Of a stretch of 33,381 nt of DNA, positions 24,286-32,302 are shown one piece after another. Each line of letters starts with the position of its first letter. The first letter of the stretch is position 1. The stretch spans positions 1-33,381 of the forward strand of contig CAZMXH010000002.1 in assembly GCA_964570165.1 (NCBI GenBank), written 5' to 3'. The translations under genes were made by a program, and so were the position numbers. The DNA is from an uncultured Actinomycetes bacterium (GTDB taxonomy: Bacteria; Actinomycetota; Actinomycetes; Jiangellales; Jiangellaceae). Under the pieces are notes generated by a model that saw nothing but the letters and a program-made list of their open reading frames with translations, had not been told where the DNA came from and did no database searches.

Positions 24286-24334
24286 CTTCCTTATTGCTGC
24301 TGGAACGGCAATAAGGAAGCTATTTGCGAGTCGG
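24271..24334. terminator. 27-bp perfect, AT-rich hairpin overlapping the nadE-like stop codon
   Basis: CCGACTCGCAAATAGCTTCCTTATTGC (24271-24297) / GCAATAAGGAAGCTATTTGCGAGTCGG (24308-24334), 10-nt loop. The TAG stop at 24283-24285 lies in the left arm. No T-tract. Confidence 0.65.
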
Positions 24335-24457
24335 GGCGCCCTCGCCTCCGGCAGTGAGCGTCCTCCCTTCGGCCCGCTACGGCTTGGCCTCGAGCGCGGG
24401 GGCGCTGCTCGCGTGGACGATGGTTGGCGCCGCCTACCGTAGTGATACAGGCGAGCG

Positions 24458-24493
24458 TGCGTCGTCGAGCGGGAGTGCATCCTCGACGACGCA
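24458..24493 (+). promoter_or_regulatory. 12-bp hairpin in the nhaA leader
   Basis: TGCGTCGTCGAG (24458-24469) / CTCGACGACGCA (24482-24493), 12-nt loop, 47 nt upstream of the proposed GTG. Confidence 0.3.
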
Positions 24494-24539
24494 TCTGTCG
24501 TGCAGGGATGGAGGTACAGCCATTACCCGGAGAACTGAC

Positions 24540-26024
24540 GTGACGAGGCGACAGCACCGAAACGGCGCATCCGGCCAGGACCGCTCGCGGCCGGAGCGGC
24601 GGGTGCTGGTTGCCCAGATGCGGGAGCCGTTGCGCCGGTTTCTGGCGACGGAGGCGGGCAGCGCCGGAATCATGATTGCTGCCGTCGTGGTCGCGCTGGC
24701 GTGGGCCAACTTGCCGTGGTCCGACAGCTACGAGTCCCTGCTGCACGCCGAGGCCAGCGTGCAGATCGGCGGCGCGGTGCTGTCGATGGACGTGGGCCAC
24801 TGGATCAGCGATGGCCTCATGGCCCTGTTCTTCCTGGTCATCGGGCTCGAGGTGCGGCACGAGCTGTCGATGGGAGAGCTGACCGAGCGAAGACGCATCA
24901 TCGTTCCGGTGCTCGGCGCGCTGGGCGGCATGGCGACCCCGGCGCTGCTGTACCTGGCGATCAACCCATCGGGCGAGGCGGCCAACGGCTGGGGCATCGT
25001 GATCGCCACGGACACGGCCTTGGTGCTGGGTGCGCTGGCGATCGTCGGGCCGGCCATTTCCACCCAGCTGCGGATCTTCCTGCTCTCGGTCGCCGTGTTC
25101 GACGACATAGTCGCCGTCGCGATCATCGGCGTCGTCTACTCGAGCTCACTCGATCCGGTGGCGCTCGGCGTCGCGGGCGCCTCGCTGGCAGTGATCGGGC
25201 TGTTGTCCTTGCGCGGCGAGTGGCGGACGTCGATCTATGCCGTGCTGTTCCTGGTGCTCTGGGTGGCGACCGTCCAATCCGGGTTGCACGCCTCTATCGC
25301 CGGCATGGCGGCCGGCCTGCTGATCGGCGCCCGTCCCGCGCGCCGCGCCGATGTCGAGCAGGTCGCTGCGCGGTTCCGCGCGTTTCAGCAGTCGCCGCTT
25401 CCGGACGTCGGTTACTCCGTCCGCAACGCATTGCAGCGGTCGGTGTCCGTGAACGAGCGGCTCCAAATACTCCTGCACCCGGCGGTCGCCTACGTCATCG
25501 TCCCCCTGTTCGCCCTCGCGAACGCTGGTGTCGGCCTCCGAGGAGGCGTCCTCAGCGACGCGATGACCTCACCGGTCACGTGGGGCGTGGTGGCTGGACT
25601 GGTGGTAGGCAAGACCATCGGCATCGGTGTCACGGCCCTGGCCAGCTCTCGACTGGGCGCCGGCCCGCTGCCCCAGGGCGTCGGCGAAGGACAGGTGATC
25701 GGCGGCGCGGCCCTGTCCGGTATCGGTTTCACCGTCTCCCTGCTCATTGCCAACCTTGCGTTCACCAGCACCGAACTGCTGGACGCCGCGACGGTTGGCG
25801 TCTTGCTCGGCGCCGTCCTCGCGACCCTAGCCGGCTGGGTGGTGTTCCGGCTGGCGGCCGCGCTGCGCGGCGAACGCACCGCCAGCCGGCCCACCGGCGC
25901 GCGCCCCCATCCGGGGCGGGGTCGCCGCGCCCCTCACCCTGGTCGAGTACGGCGACTTCGAGTGCCCGTTCTGCGGCCGAGCTACGGGCACGGTCGACGC
26001 GCTCATGGAACGCTTCGGCGATGA
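24540..26024 (+). CDS. nhaA: Na+/H+ antiporter NhaA; its 3' tail (after about 25905) is out of frame with the DsbA-like domain it is normally fused to
   Basis: GTG 24540 is 6 nt after GGAGA, inside ORF 24324..26024. [35 protein letters not shown]. The last ~40 residues ([27 protein letters not shown]...) look like out-of-frame translation. Confidence 0.8.
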   Translation: MTRRQHRNGASGQDRSRPERRVLVAQMREPLRRFLATEAGSAGIMIAAVVVALAWANLPWSDSYESLLHAEASVQIGGAVLSMDVGHWISDGLMALFFLVIGLEVRHELSMGELTERRRIIVPVLGALGGMATPALLYLAINPSGEAANGWGIVIATDTALVLGALAIVGPAISTQLRIFLLSVAVFDDIVAVAIIGVVYSSSLDPVALGVAGASLAVIGLLSLRGEWRTSIYAVLFLVLWVATVQSGLHASIAGMAAGLLIGARPARRADVEQVAARFRAFQQSPLPDVGYSVRNALQRSVSVNERLQILLHPAVAYVIVPLFALANAGVGLRGGVLSDAMTSPVTWGVVAGLVVGKTIGIGVTALASSRLGAGPLPQGVGEGQVIGGAALSGIGFTVSLLIANLAFTSTELLDAATVGVLLGAVLATLAGWVVFRLAAALRGERTASRPTGARPHPGRGRRAPHPGRVRRLRVPVLRPSYGHGRRAHGTLRR

Positions 26025-27162
26025 CCTGCGCTACGTCTTCCGGCACCTACCGCTTGCCGACGTGCACCCCAATGCCATCCTGGCCGCCGAGGCAGCCGAA
26101 GCCGCAGCCGCTCAAGGTGCATTCTGGGAGATGCACGACCGCCTGTTCACCCACGCCGACCAGCTCGAGCCGCCGGACCTGCTCGCCCACGCCGCCGCTC
26201 TCGGCCTCGACGTCGGACGCTTCTCGCACGAACTCGGCACCGGAGTCCACGGCGCCCATGTTCGCGACGACGTGGCCAGCGCAGAGGCCAGCGGCGCCAC
26301 CGGCACGCCCACCTTCTTCGTCAACGGCCGCCGCCAGGTCGGCCGATACGACGAGGAGGCGCTCGCGGCGGCGTTGACCGGCGAGCAGCCGCCGCCCGCC
26401 GTCGATGGCCCGACAGGCGCGCCGCGCGCCCGTCCAGAAGGACCCGGCGTGCCCGCGGTTGGCCGGCTGCGCGCACCCGTCCCGAACAACGCACCGCTGG
26501 TCCTGGACGGCCTGGAGGAGACGCCAGACGACGTAGGTGCCTTCCCCCGCCTGAGCTCCGACCACATCGCCACCCTCTCCCGATTCGGTGAGCGGCGGCG
26601 AGTGGCGGCGGGGGAGCCGCTGTTCGGCGACCGCGAGCCGGACGGCGAGTTCGTCGTGGTGATCTCTGGTGAGCTGGCGCTGGTCGACGGTTACGGCCAG
26701 GACAACCGGGTTCGCTCCGTCCACGGGCCCGGACGGTTCCTGGGCGGCCTCGGCACCCTCCGCGGCCAGGCCCTGCTCCTGACCCCTGTGGCGGTGCGGG
26801 ACGCAGAGGTACTAGCGGTCCCCGCTGAGCGTCTCAGGACCGCGCTAGACGCCGACGTGCAACTTCGAGACGTCGTCCTGCGGACCTACCTGCTCCGTCG
26901 CTCGTACCTCATCGAACAGACGACGGCAAAGATCGTCGGATCTGGAGCGTCCTCCGACACCCAGCGGCTCCGTGAGGTCCTGGCCGCCTGGGACGTCACG
27001 CACTCGTGGCTCGACCTCGACACCGACGAGTACGCGTCCGCGCTTCTCCAGCGGCTGGGCGTCAGCCCCGAGGAAACGCCGGTGGTGATCACGCGTGACG
27101 GGAGGGTGCTGCGGAACCCGAGCGAAGCCGACCTGGCCGCGGCGCTCGACCTCAGCGGCTGA
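26005..27162 (+). CDS. DsbA-like thioredoxin-fold segment + cyclic-nucleotide-binding domain + glutaredoxin-like domain in one open frame (frame is open upstream to 25831)
   Basis: The same frame upstream of the listed ATG encodes [17 protein letters not shown] (CxxC). Then [14 protein letters not shown]...[11 protein letters not shown] (DsbA-like), a Pro/Gly linker, [12 protein letters not shown]...[12 protein letters not shown]...[10 protein letters not shown] (cNMP-binding), and [32 protein letters not shown]...[16 protein letters not shown] (Grx-like). A possible independent start is GTG 26449, 6 nt after AAGGA. Confidence 0.65.
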   Translation: MERFGDDLRYVFRHLPLADVHPNAILAAEAAEAAAAQGAFWEMHDRLFTHADQLEPPDLLAHAAALGLDVGRFSHELGTGVHGAHVRDDVASAEASGATGTPTFFVNGRRQVGRYDEEALAAALTGEQPPPAVDGPTGAPRARPEGPGVPAVGRLRAPVPNNAPLVLDGLEETPDDVGAFPRLSSDHIATLSRFGERRRVAAGEPLFGDREPDGEFVVVISGELALVDGYGQDNRVRSVHGPGRFLGGLGTLRGQALLLTPVAVRDAEVLAVPAERLRTALDADVQLRDVVLRTYLLRRSYLIEQTTAKIVGSGASSDTQRLREVLAAWDVTHSWLDLDTDEYASALLQRLGVSPEETPVVITRDGRVLRNPSEADLAAALDLSG

Positions 27163-27193
27163 GGTTCGTGACCGGCCTGGCTAGTCTCGACGT

Positions 27194-30100
27194 GTGACCT
27201 TGGAGCTGAGGCTGCTTGGGGAGGTCTCGTACCGCGGAACGCAGATCACCAGCCCGGCCCTGCGCAGCCTGCTGGCAGTGCTTGCCAGCGACCTGCACAC
27301 CGGGGTTAGCACGGCTCGGCTCGTGGACGAGCTTTGGCAGGACGGGCAGCCCGACAACCCGACCAAGGCGCTACAGGTGCTGGTCTCCCGCGCCCGTTCC
27401 CAACTCGGCTCCGACATCATCGCCACCACACCAACCGGCTACCGCCTCGCCCTGCACGAAGACCAGGTGGACACCTCCGCTGTCCTGCTCCGTGCATCCG
27501 CGAGCGCCCAATGCGCACGGAGCGGCGATCACGATGCCGCGCTTGCGCAGGCCGAAGCCGGGCTGTCGCTGTGGGACGGCGCGCCCGTCCAGGACGACCT
27601 GGTCCACGACCCGGTGTCGCAGCTTCGCGCGGAGCGGGCCTCGACGTACCGCTCGCTTCAGCGAAGCCGCGCGCTCGCGCTCTCCCGGCTGGGACGGTAC
27701 TCCGAAGCGGTGGAGCCGCTGACCGAGCTAGCCGCGCAGCGTCCTCGGGACGAGGAACTGCTGCTCGAGCTGCTGCGGTGCGAGGCTGCCACATCCGGCC
27801 CGTCCGCCGCGCTGGCCAGGTACGAGAGATACCGCAGCGCGCTGCGCGACGAGCTCGCGGCCGACCCGGGCGCCCCGCTGCAGGCCTTGCACCTGGAACT
27901 GCTGCGCGGAACGGAGCCGCCGGTCCGGCGCGGCGTCACGCAGGAACCCAACCCGCTGCTCGGCCGCGACGGCGACATCGAGGCGGTTCAGCGACTGCTG
28001 CGCACCTCGCGCGTCACGTCGATCGTCGGGCCGGGCGGCATCGGCAAGACGCGCCTCGCGCATGCGGTGCTGCGGCGGTCGGAGCATCGAGCCGCGTACT
28101 TTGTCGGGCTGGCCGGGGTCACGGCGGACGGCGATGTGTCCAGGGAGGTCGCGTCCGCCCTCGGCGTCGGTGACTCACGGAGCGGGCCGACCGGCCGCGG
28201 CGCCGTCCCAGCCGACCCGATCTCCGGCATCGTCGACGCCGTCGGCACCGGTCCGACCCTGCTCGTGCTGGACAACTGCGAGCACGTCCTCGGCGGCGTG
28301 GCGGACCTGGTGCAGGCCCTCGCCGCAATGACAACCGAGCTTCGGGTTCTCACCACCAGCCGCACCCCGCTCGATCTGTCGTCCGAGTCGGTGTACCCGC
28401 TTCCGGAGCTCGACCTGTCCACCGCGGTCGAGCTGTTCGAGCAACGCGCCCGGGCCGCACGCCCGGGGGTCGAGCTGCCCGTTGATGTGGTCACCGAGTT
28501 GTGCCGCCACCTCGATGGGTTGCCGCTCGCGGTTGAGCTGGCGGCCGCGCGGGTCCGGGCGATGTCGGTGGCCGAGATCGCCCGTCGGCTCGACGACCGG
28601 TTCACGCTCCTGTGCGGCGGCGCGCGGGATGCTCCCGAACGGCACCAGACCCTGCACGCGGTCGTCGACTGGAGCTGGAACCTGCTGGAACCGGCCGGGC
28701 AGGCCGCGATGCGCACCATGTCGGTCTTTCCAGGCGGGTTCACCTCCGACACGGCCGAGGCGATGCTCGGCGACCGTGACGCCATCCTGGTGCTGGAACG
28801 GCTTGTCGACCAGTCGCTGCTCCGGGTGGCGGACACCCCGTCAGGCACCAGGTTCCGGATGTTGGAGACCGTGCGCGAGTTCAGCACAGCTCAGCGGGAA
28901 CTGGCCGGTGAGACCGAGGACGTGAACACCGGGTTCGCCGCGTGGGTGCAGGAGTTCGCGAGAACCCACCACGACGCGCCGTTCGGAGACGACCCGTACG
29001 CGCCGATGATGCGGATACGAGCCGAGCAGGACAACCTGATCCAGGCGCTGCGGCAGGGTCTCACCCAGTCGGATGCCGCGACGGTCGCGGCGGCGACGGC
29101 GGTTCTGGGCCCATTGTGGGGCGTCGAGTCCCGCATCGAACGGCTGGGCGCCATGGTCGATGAGACGAACTGGCTGCTGTCCCATTACCGGCCGGAGCCG
29201 AAGCTCGTCGAGGCGACCCGGACCGCGCTGGTGGCGTCCACTGCCTACACGTTCATGACCGAGGGGCCCCGGGCGCTGCGGTCGCTCGCGGCCTTGCGCC
29301 GGCTGCCGGTCGCTCAGCCGGACACCGCGGTCCGGGCGCTTGCGATCTTGTTGACCTCCGAAGCCGACGACCTTCTGGAGGCCAGCAGCAGCGACGAGCC
29401 GTTGCTGGCCGCGATGGCCGGCAACGTTGTCGGCTACCGCTGGGAGAACGAGGGCGAGGTCGAAAGGGCGCTCGCCGTGGCGACGCGGACGCTCACCGCG
29501 CTCGACAGTCGCGCCTCCCCGTGGATACGGGCGCATTTGCACACCCGGATAGCCGAGCTGTACCTGCGCGCCGAGCAAGGCGCTGAGGCCCTGCCGCACC
29601 TGCACGCGGCGCTTTCCGTGCTCGAGCGGCTCGAGATCTGGTCCGACGTCGTCGGGACGCGGTGGTGGATCGTGCTGGCCAACCTCCAACTCGGTGACGT
29701 GGACGAGGCCGCGTACTGGCTGGACCGCACCGCGCCGGAGCCGGCGTACGAGACGTTCGGCACGGCGGAGTATGGGCTGGGAGTCCGTGCCGAGATCCTG
29801 CTCGCCCGGGGTGAGATCGAGGCCGGCCTACGGACGTGGCGCCGGACCGTCGCCCGGCTGCGCTGTGCTTACCACCAAGTCCGGCCGGCCGAGGACCCCG
29901 TGGCCTCGATCGACCGATCGTTGTTCCTCCACCCGCTGCTCCGGGAGACGCAGGCGGCGGCCGTGGTCGCCCACGCGCACCACGGGGCGCTCGAACTGGT
30001 GGAGGAGACCGTCGCCGAACTCGCCGAGCACCTGCCCAGCGAGCTAGCGCAAGCGGCGGGGCCGTCGCAGCCGCTGCTGGCGCCGTTCCCGATCTACGGC

Positions 30101-30388
30101 GCGGTGCTGCTGGCCTTGGGAATGGTCCAACTCGACCGCGGGGTCGCCTCCGGCGACGAGAGCGCAACGGCGTGTGGGGTGCGGATGATCGCCCTGGCCG
30201 AGCGGTTCGGCTACCTCCGGAACTTCCAGCCGACCATGTCGGCCGCCCGCGCGCGCGAAGCCGCGGAGAGCGCGAACAGGCCGGCGTACGAGGACGCGGT
30301 GTCCTCGTACGCCGGTCTCGATCACGACGGCCTGCGGGCCGCGGCGCTAGCTACGCTCCGCTCGCGACCTTCGAGAACGAGCGATTGA
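27194..30388 (+). CDS. SARP/AfsR-type regulator: winged-helix + BTAD + NB-ARC ATPase + TPR-like C-terminus
   Basis: LRLLGEVSY...TGYRL wHTH. BTAD (ALSRLGRYSEAVEPLTELAAQRPRDEELLLELLRCEA...YERYRSALRDELAADPGAPL). P-loop GPGGIGKTRLA, LLVLDNCEH. Long helical repeat tail. Confidence 0.85.
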   Translation: MTLELRLLGEVSYRGTQITSPALRSLLAVLASDLHTGVSTARLVDELWQDGQPDNPTKALQVLVSRARSQLGSDIIATTPTGYRLALHEDQVDTSAVLLRASASAQCARSGDHDAALAQAEAGLSLWDGAPVQDDLVHDPVSQLRAERASTYRSLQRSRALALSRLGRYSEAVEPLTELAAQRPRDEELLLELLRCEAATSGPSAALARYERYRSALRDELAADPGAPLQALHLELLRGTEPPVRRGVTQEPNPLLGRDGDIEAVQRLLRTSRVTSIVGPGGIGKTRLAHAVLRRSEHRAAYFVGLAGVTADGDVSREVASALGVGDSRSGPTGRGAVPADPISGIVDAVGTGPTLLVLDNCEHVLGGVADLVQALAAMTTELRVLTTSRTPLDLSSESVYPLPELDLSTAVELFEQRARAARPGVELPVDVVTELCRHLDGLPLAVELAAARVRAMSVAEIARRLDDRFTLLCGGARDAPERHQTLHAVVDWSWNLLEPAGQAAMRTMSVFPGGFTSDTAEAMLGDRDAILVLERLVDQSLLRVADTPSGTRFRMLETVREFSTAQRELAGETEDVNTGFAAWVQEFARTHHDAPFGDDPYAPMMRIRAEQDNLIQALRQGLTQSDAATVAAATAVLGPLWGVESRIERLGAMVDETNWLLSHYRPEPKLVEATRTALVASTAYTFMTEGPRALRSLAALRRLPVAQPDTAVRALAILLTSEADDLLEASSSDEPLLAAMAGNVVGYRWENEGEVERALAVATRTLTALDSRASPWIRAHLHTRIAELYLRAEQGAEALPHLHAALSVLERLEIWSDVVGTRWWIVLANLQLGDVDEAAYWLDRTAPEPAYETFGTAEYGLGVRAEILLARGEIEAGLRTWRRTVARLRCAYHQVRPAEDPVASIDRSLFLHPLLRETQAAAVVAHAHHGALELVEETVAELAEHLPSELAQAAGPSQPLLAPFPIYGAVLLALGMVQLDRGVASGDESATACGVRMIALAERFGYLRNFQPTMSAARAREAAESANRPAYEDAVSSYAGLDHDGLRAAALATLRSRPSRTSD

Positions 30389-31214
30389 CAGCGGACGGAT
30401 CACGGTTGTAGAGCTTCCTCGCCCACAGGTAGCCGGCAAGCGCGATGCCCACGCACCAGGCGACGGCGATGCCGCCACTGCTGCCGATCTCCGTACCCGT
30501 CAGCAGGCCACGCACCGTCTCGATGATCGGGGTGAACGGCTGGTTCTCCGCGAACCAGCGCAGCCCTGCCGGCATCGACTCGGCCGGCACGAAACCGCTG
30601 CTCAGGAAGGGCAGCACGATCAGCGGCAGCGGCAGGTTGCTTGCTCCTTCCACCGTCTTCGACACCAGCCCGAGGGCTACCGAAAGCCAGATCATCGCCA
30701 GTGAGAACAGGACGAAGAACCCTGCGGCGGCCAGCCACTTCACCGCCGTCGCGTTGGGCTCGAAGCCGACCAGAATCGCCACGCCGATGACCACGACCAG
30801 GCCCACCAGGGTCTGGAGCAGGCTGCCCAGCACGTGCCCGGTCAGCACCGACGCCCGCGAGATCGCCATGGTGCGGAACCGCGTGACGATGCCTTCGGTC
30901 ATGTCCATGGCGACCGAGATGGCCGTTCCTTGGACAGCCGCGACGACCGCCATCACCAGGATGCCCGGCGCGATGTAGTTGGCGTACGCCTCTCTGCCAC
31001 CAGCGGGAGCGCCGAGGCCATTGGCGAGACCGCTGCCCCGGCCACTGCCAAGACCATTGCCCATCGTGTCGCCGAAGACGTAGACGAACAACAGCAGGAA
31101 GACAACGGTCATACCGATCAGCAGCACCATGACGCTGGGGTAGCGCAGCACGTGCTTGAGCTGTCGGCGCAGCATCGTGACCGAGTCACGGATCGCATGT
31201 GTGCGGGTACTCAT
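30351..31214 (-). CDS. ABC-2 type transporter permease (DrrB-like)
   Basis: Six hydrophobic segments; MLRRQLKHVLRYP N-terminus; ENQPFTPIIETVRGLL. ATGA overlap with the upstream ATPase gene. The 3' end overlaps the SARP gene by 38 nt. Confidence 0.85.
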   Translation of the reverse strand: MSTRTHAIRDSVTMLRRQLKHVLRYPSVMVLLIGMTVVFLLLFVYVFGDTMGNGLGSGRGSGLANGLGAPAGGREAYANYIAPGILVMAVVAAVQGTAISVAMDMTEGIVTRFRTMAISRASVLTGHVLGSLLQTLVGLVVVIGVAILVGFEPNATAVKWLAAAGFFVLFSLAMIWLSVALGLVSKTVEGASNLPLPLIVLPFLSSGFVPAESMPAGLRWFAENQPFTPIIETVRGLLTGTEIGSSGGIAVAWCVGIALAGYLWARKLYNRDPSAVNRSFSKVASGA

Positions 31215-32173
31215 TTCGCCGCAACCTCCTGTTCTTCGGTTGGATGTCCGGTGAGCGCGAGGAAGACGTCGTCGAGATCCGGCGTGTGCACCGTCATCTC
31301 GTCGACCTCGATCGACTCGTCCTCAAGCCGGTCCAGCAGCCTCTTCAGCGATCGCAGGCTGCCGTCGCTCGGAACATGCAGGGCAAGTGCTTCCTCGTCC
31401 CGGGCGGCGTCGTTCAGCATCTGAGCAGCCGACTCGAACCCTCGCGGGTCAGCGAACCGGAGCCGGATGTGTCCACCGGGAACGCGCTGCTTGAGCTCGT
31501 CCGGCGTGCCCTCGGCCACGATCTTTCCGTGGTCGAGCAGCGAGATCCGGTCAGCTAGCTCGTCGGCCTCTTCCAGGTACTGCGTGGTCAGGAAGATGGT
31601 CACGCCGTTGGACACGAGGTCCCGGATGATCTGCCACATGGTGCGGCGGCTCCGCGGATCCAGACCCGTGGTCGGCTCGTCGAGGAAGATGATCTGCGGG
31701 TCGCCGACCAGGCTCATGGCGAGGTCCAGCCGGCGCCGCATCCCACCCGAGTAGGTTGCGACCGTCTTCTTCGCCGCATCGACCAGATCGAACTGCTCGA
31801 GCAGCCGCTGAGCGCGCCTGCGCCCCTCCTGCTTGTCGAGGTGGTTCAGGTCGGCCATCAGCATGAGGTTCTCTTCGCCGGTGAGCAGGTTGTCGACCGC
31901 CGAGAACTGCCCGGTCACGCCGATGGCGGCCCGTACGTCGTCGGGCCTGGCGACGACGTCGTGACCGGCGACACGAACCTGCCCCGCGTCGGCCCGGATC
32001 AGCGTCGACAGAATTCTGATCACCGTTGTCTTGCCGGCGCCGTTGGGGCCGAGCAGTGAGAAGACCGTTCCCTGGGCGACCTCGAGACCGATGTCGTCGA
32101 GCACGACGGTGTCGCCGAACGACTTCCGCAGCCCGCTCACCGAGATCGCCGGCGAGGACGTGACTGTCGTCAC
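31211..32173 (-). CDS. ABC transporter ATP-binding protein (DrrA-like)
   Basis: Walker A GPNGAGKTT, signature YSGGMRRRL, Walker B IIFLDEPTTGLD. GTG 32173 is 6 nt after GAAGGA; the listed ORF starts at GTG 32209. Confidence 0.9.
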   Translation of the reverse strand: MTTVTSSPAISVSGLRKSFGDTVVLDDIGLEVAQGTVFSLLGPNGAGKTTVIRILSTLIRADAGQVRVAGHDVVARPDDVRAAIGVTGQFSAVDNLLTGEENLMLMADLNHLDKQEGRRRAQRLLEQFDLVDAAKKTVATYSGGMRRRLDLAMSLVGDPQIIFLDEPTTGLDPRSRRTMWQIIRDLVSNGVTIFLTTQYLEEADELADRISLLDHGKIVAEGTPDELKQRVPGGHIRLRFADPRGFESAAQMLNDAARDEEALALHVPSDGSLRSLKRLLDRLEDESIEVDEMTVHTPDLDDVFLALTGHPTEEQEVAAK

Positions 32174-32230
32174 TTTCACTCCTTCGCTCGGGGTGGCACT
32201 GGTTGCCACGACCTCGTCGAGCGTGCGGCA

Positions 32231-32263
32231 TGCGGGCTTTACCGCGGTTTCACGGCGGTTTCA
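32231..32263 (-). promoter_or_regulatory. three heptamers at exact 11-nt periodicity upstream of the ABC operon (candidate SARP or response-regulator site)
   Basis: Minus strand reads TGAAACC-GCCG-TGAAACC-GCGG-TAAAGCC. The heptamers start at 32263, 32252 and 32241. Confidence 0.35.
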
Positions 32264-32302
32264 GCGTCGGCAAGGGTCTCCCCCGAGATACTTGTGGCGT
32301 AG

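Noticed and set aside
24271-24334. 27-bp palindrome as the terminal inverted repeats of a MITE/IS element
   Set aside because: The arms are separated by only 10 nt, and there is no internal ORF and no flanking direct repeats. A hairpin terminator or stability element is the simpler reading.
24701-26377. 558-aa plus-strand ORF in an alternative frame of nhaA/DsbA
   Set aside because: It overlaps the NhaA and DsbA-like frames on the same strand. Extremely Arg/Gly/Pro-rich, with no TM helices or motifs. The same reasoning rejects 16465..17652, 19046..19981, 2272..3162, 320..919, 28841..29689 and 29493..30167.
27194-30388. NB-ARC + TPR protein as an Avs/STAND-type antiphage sensor
   Set aside because: The N-terminus is a winged-helix DNA-binding domain followed by a BTAD domain, the classical AfsR/SARP regulator layout. 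No nuclease, protease, TIR or other effector module is present.
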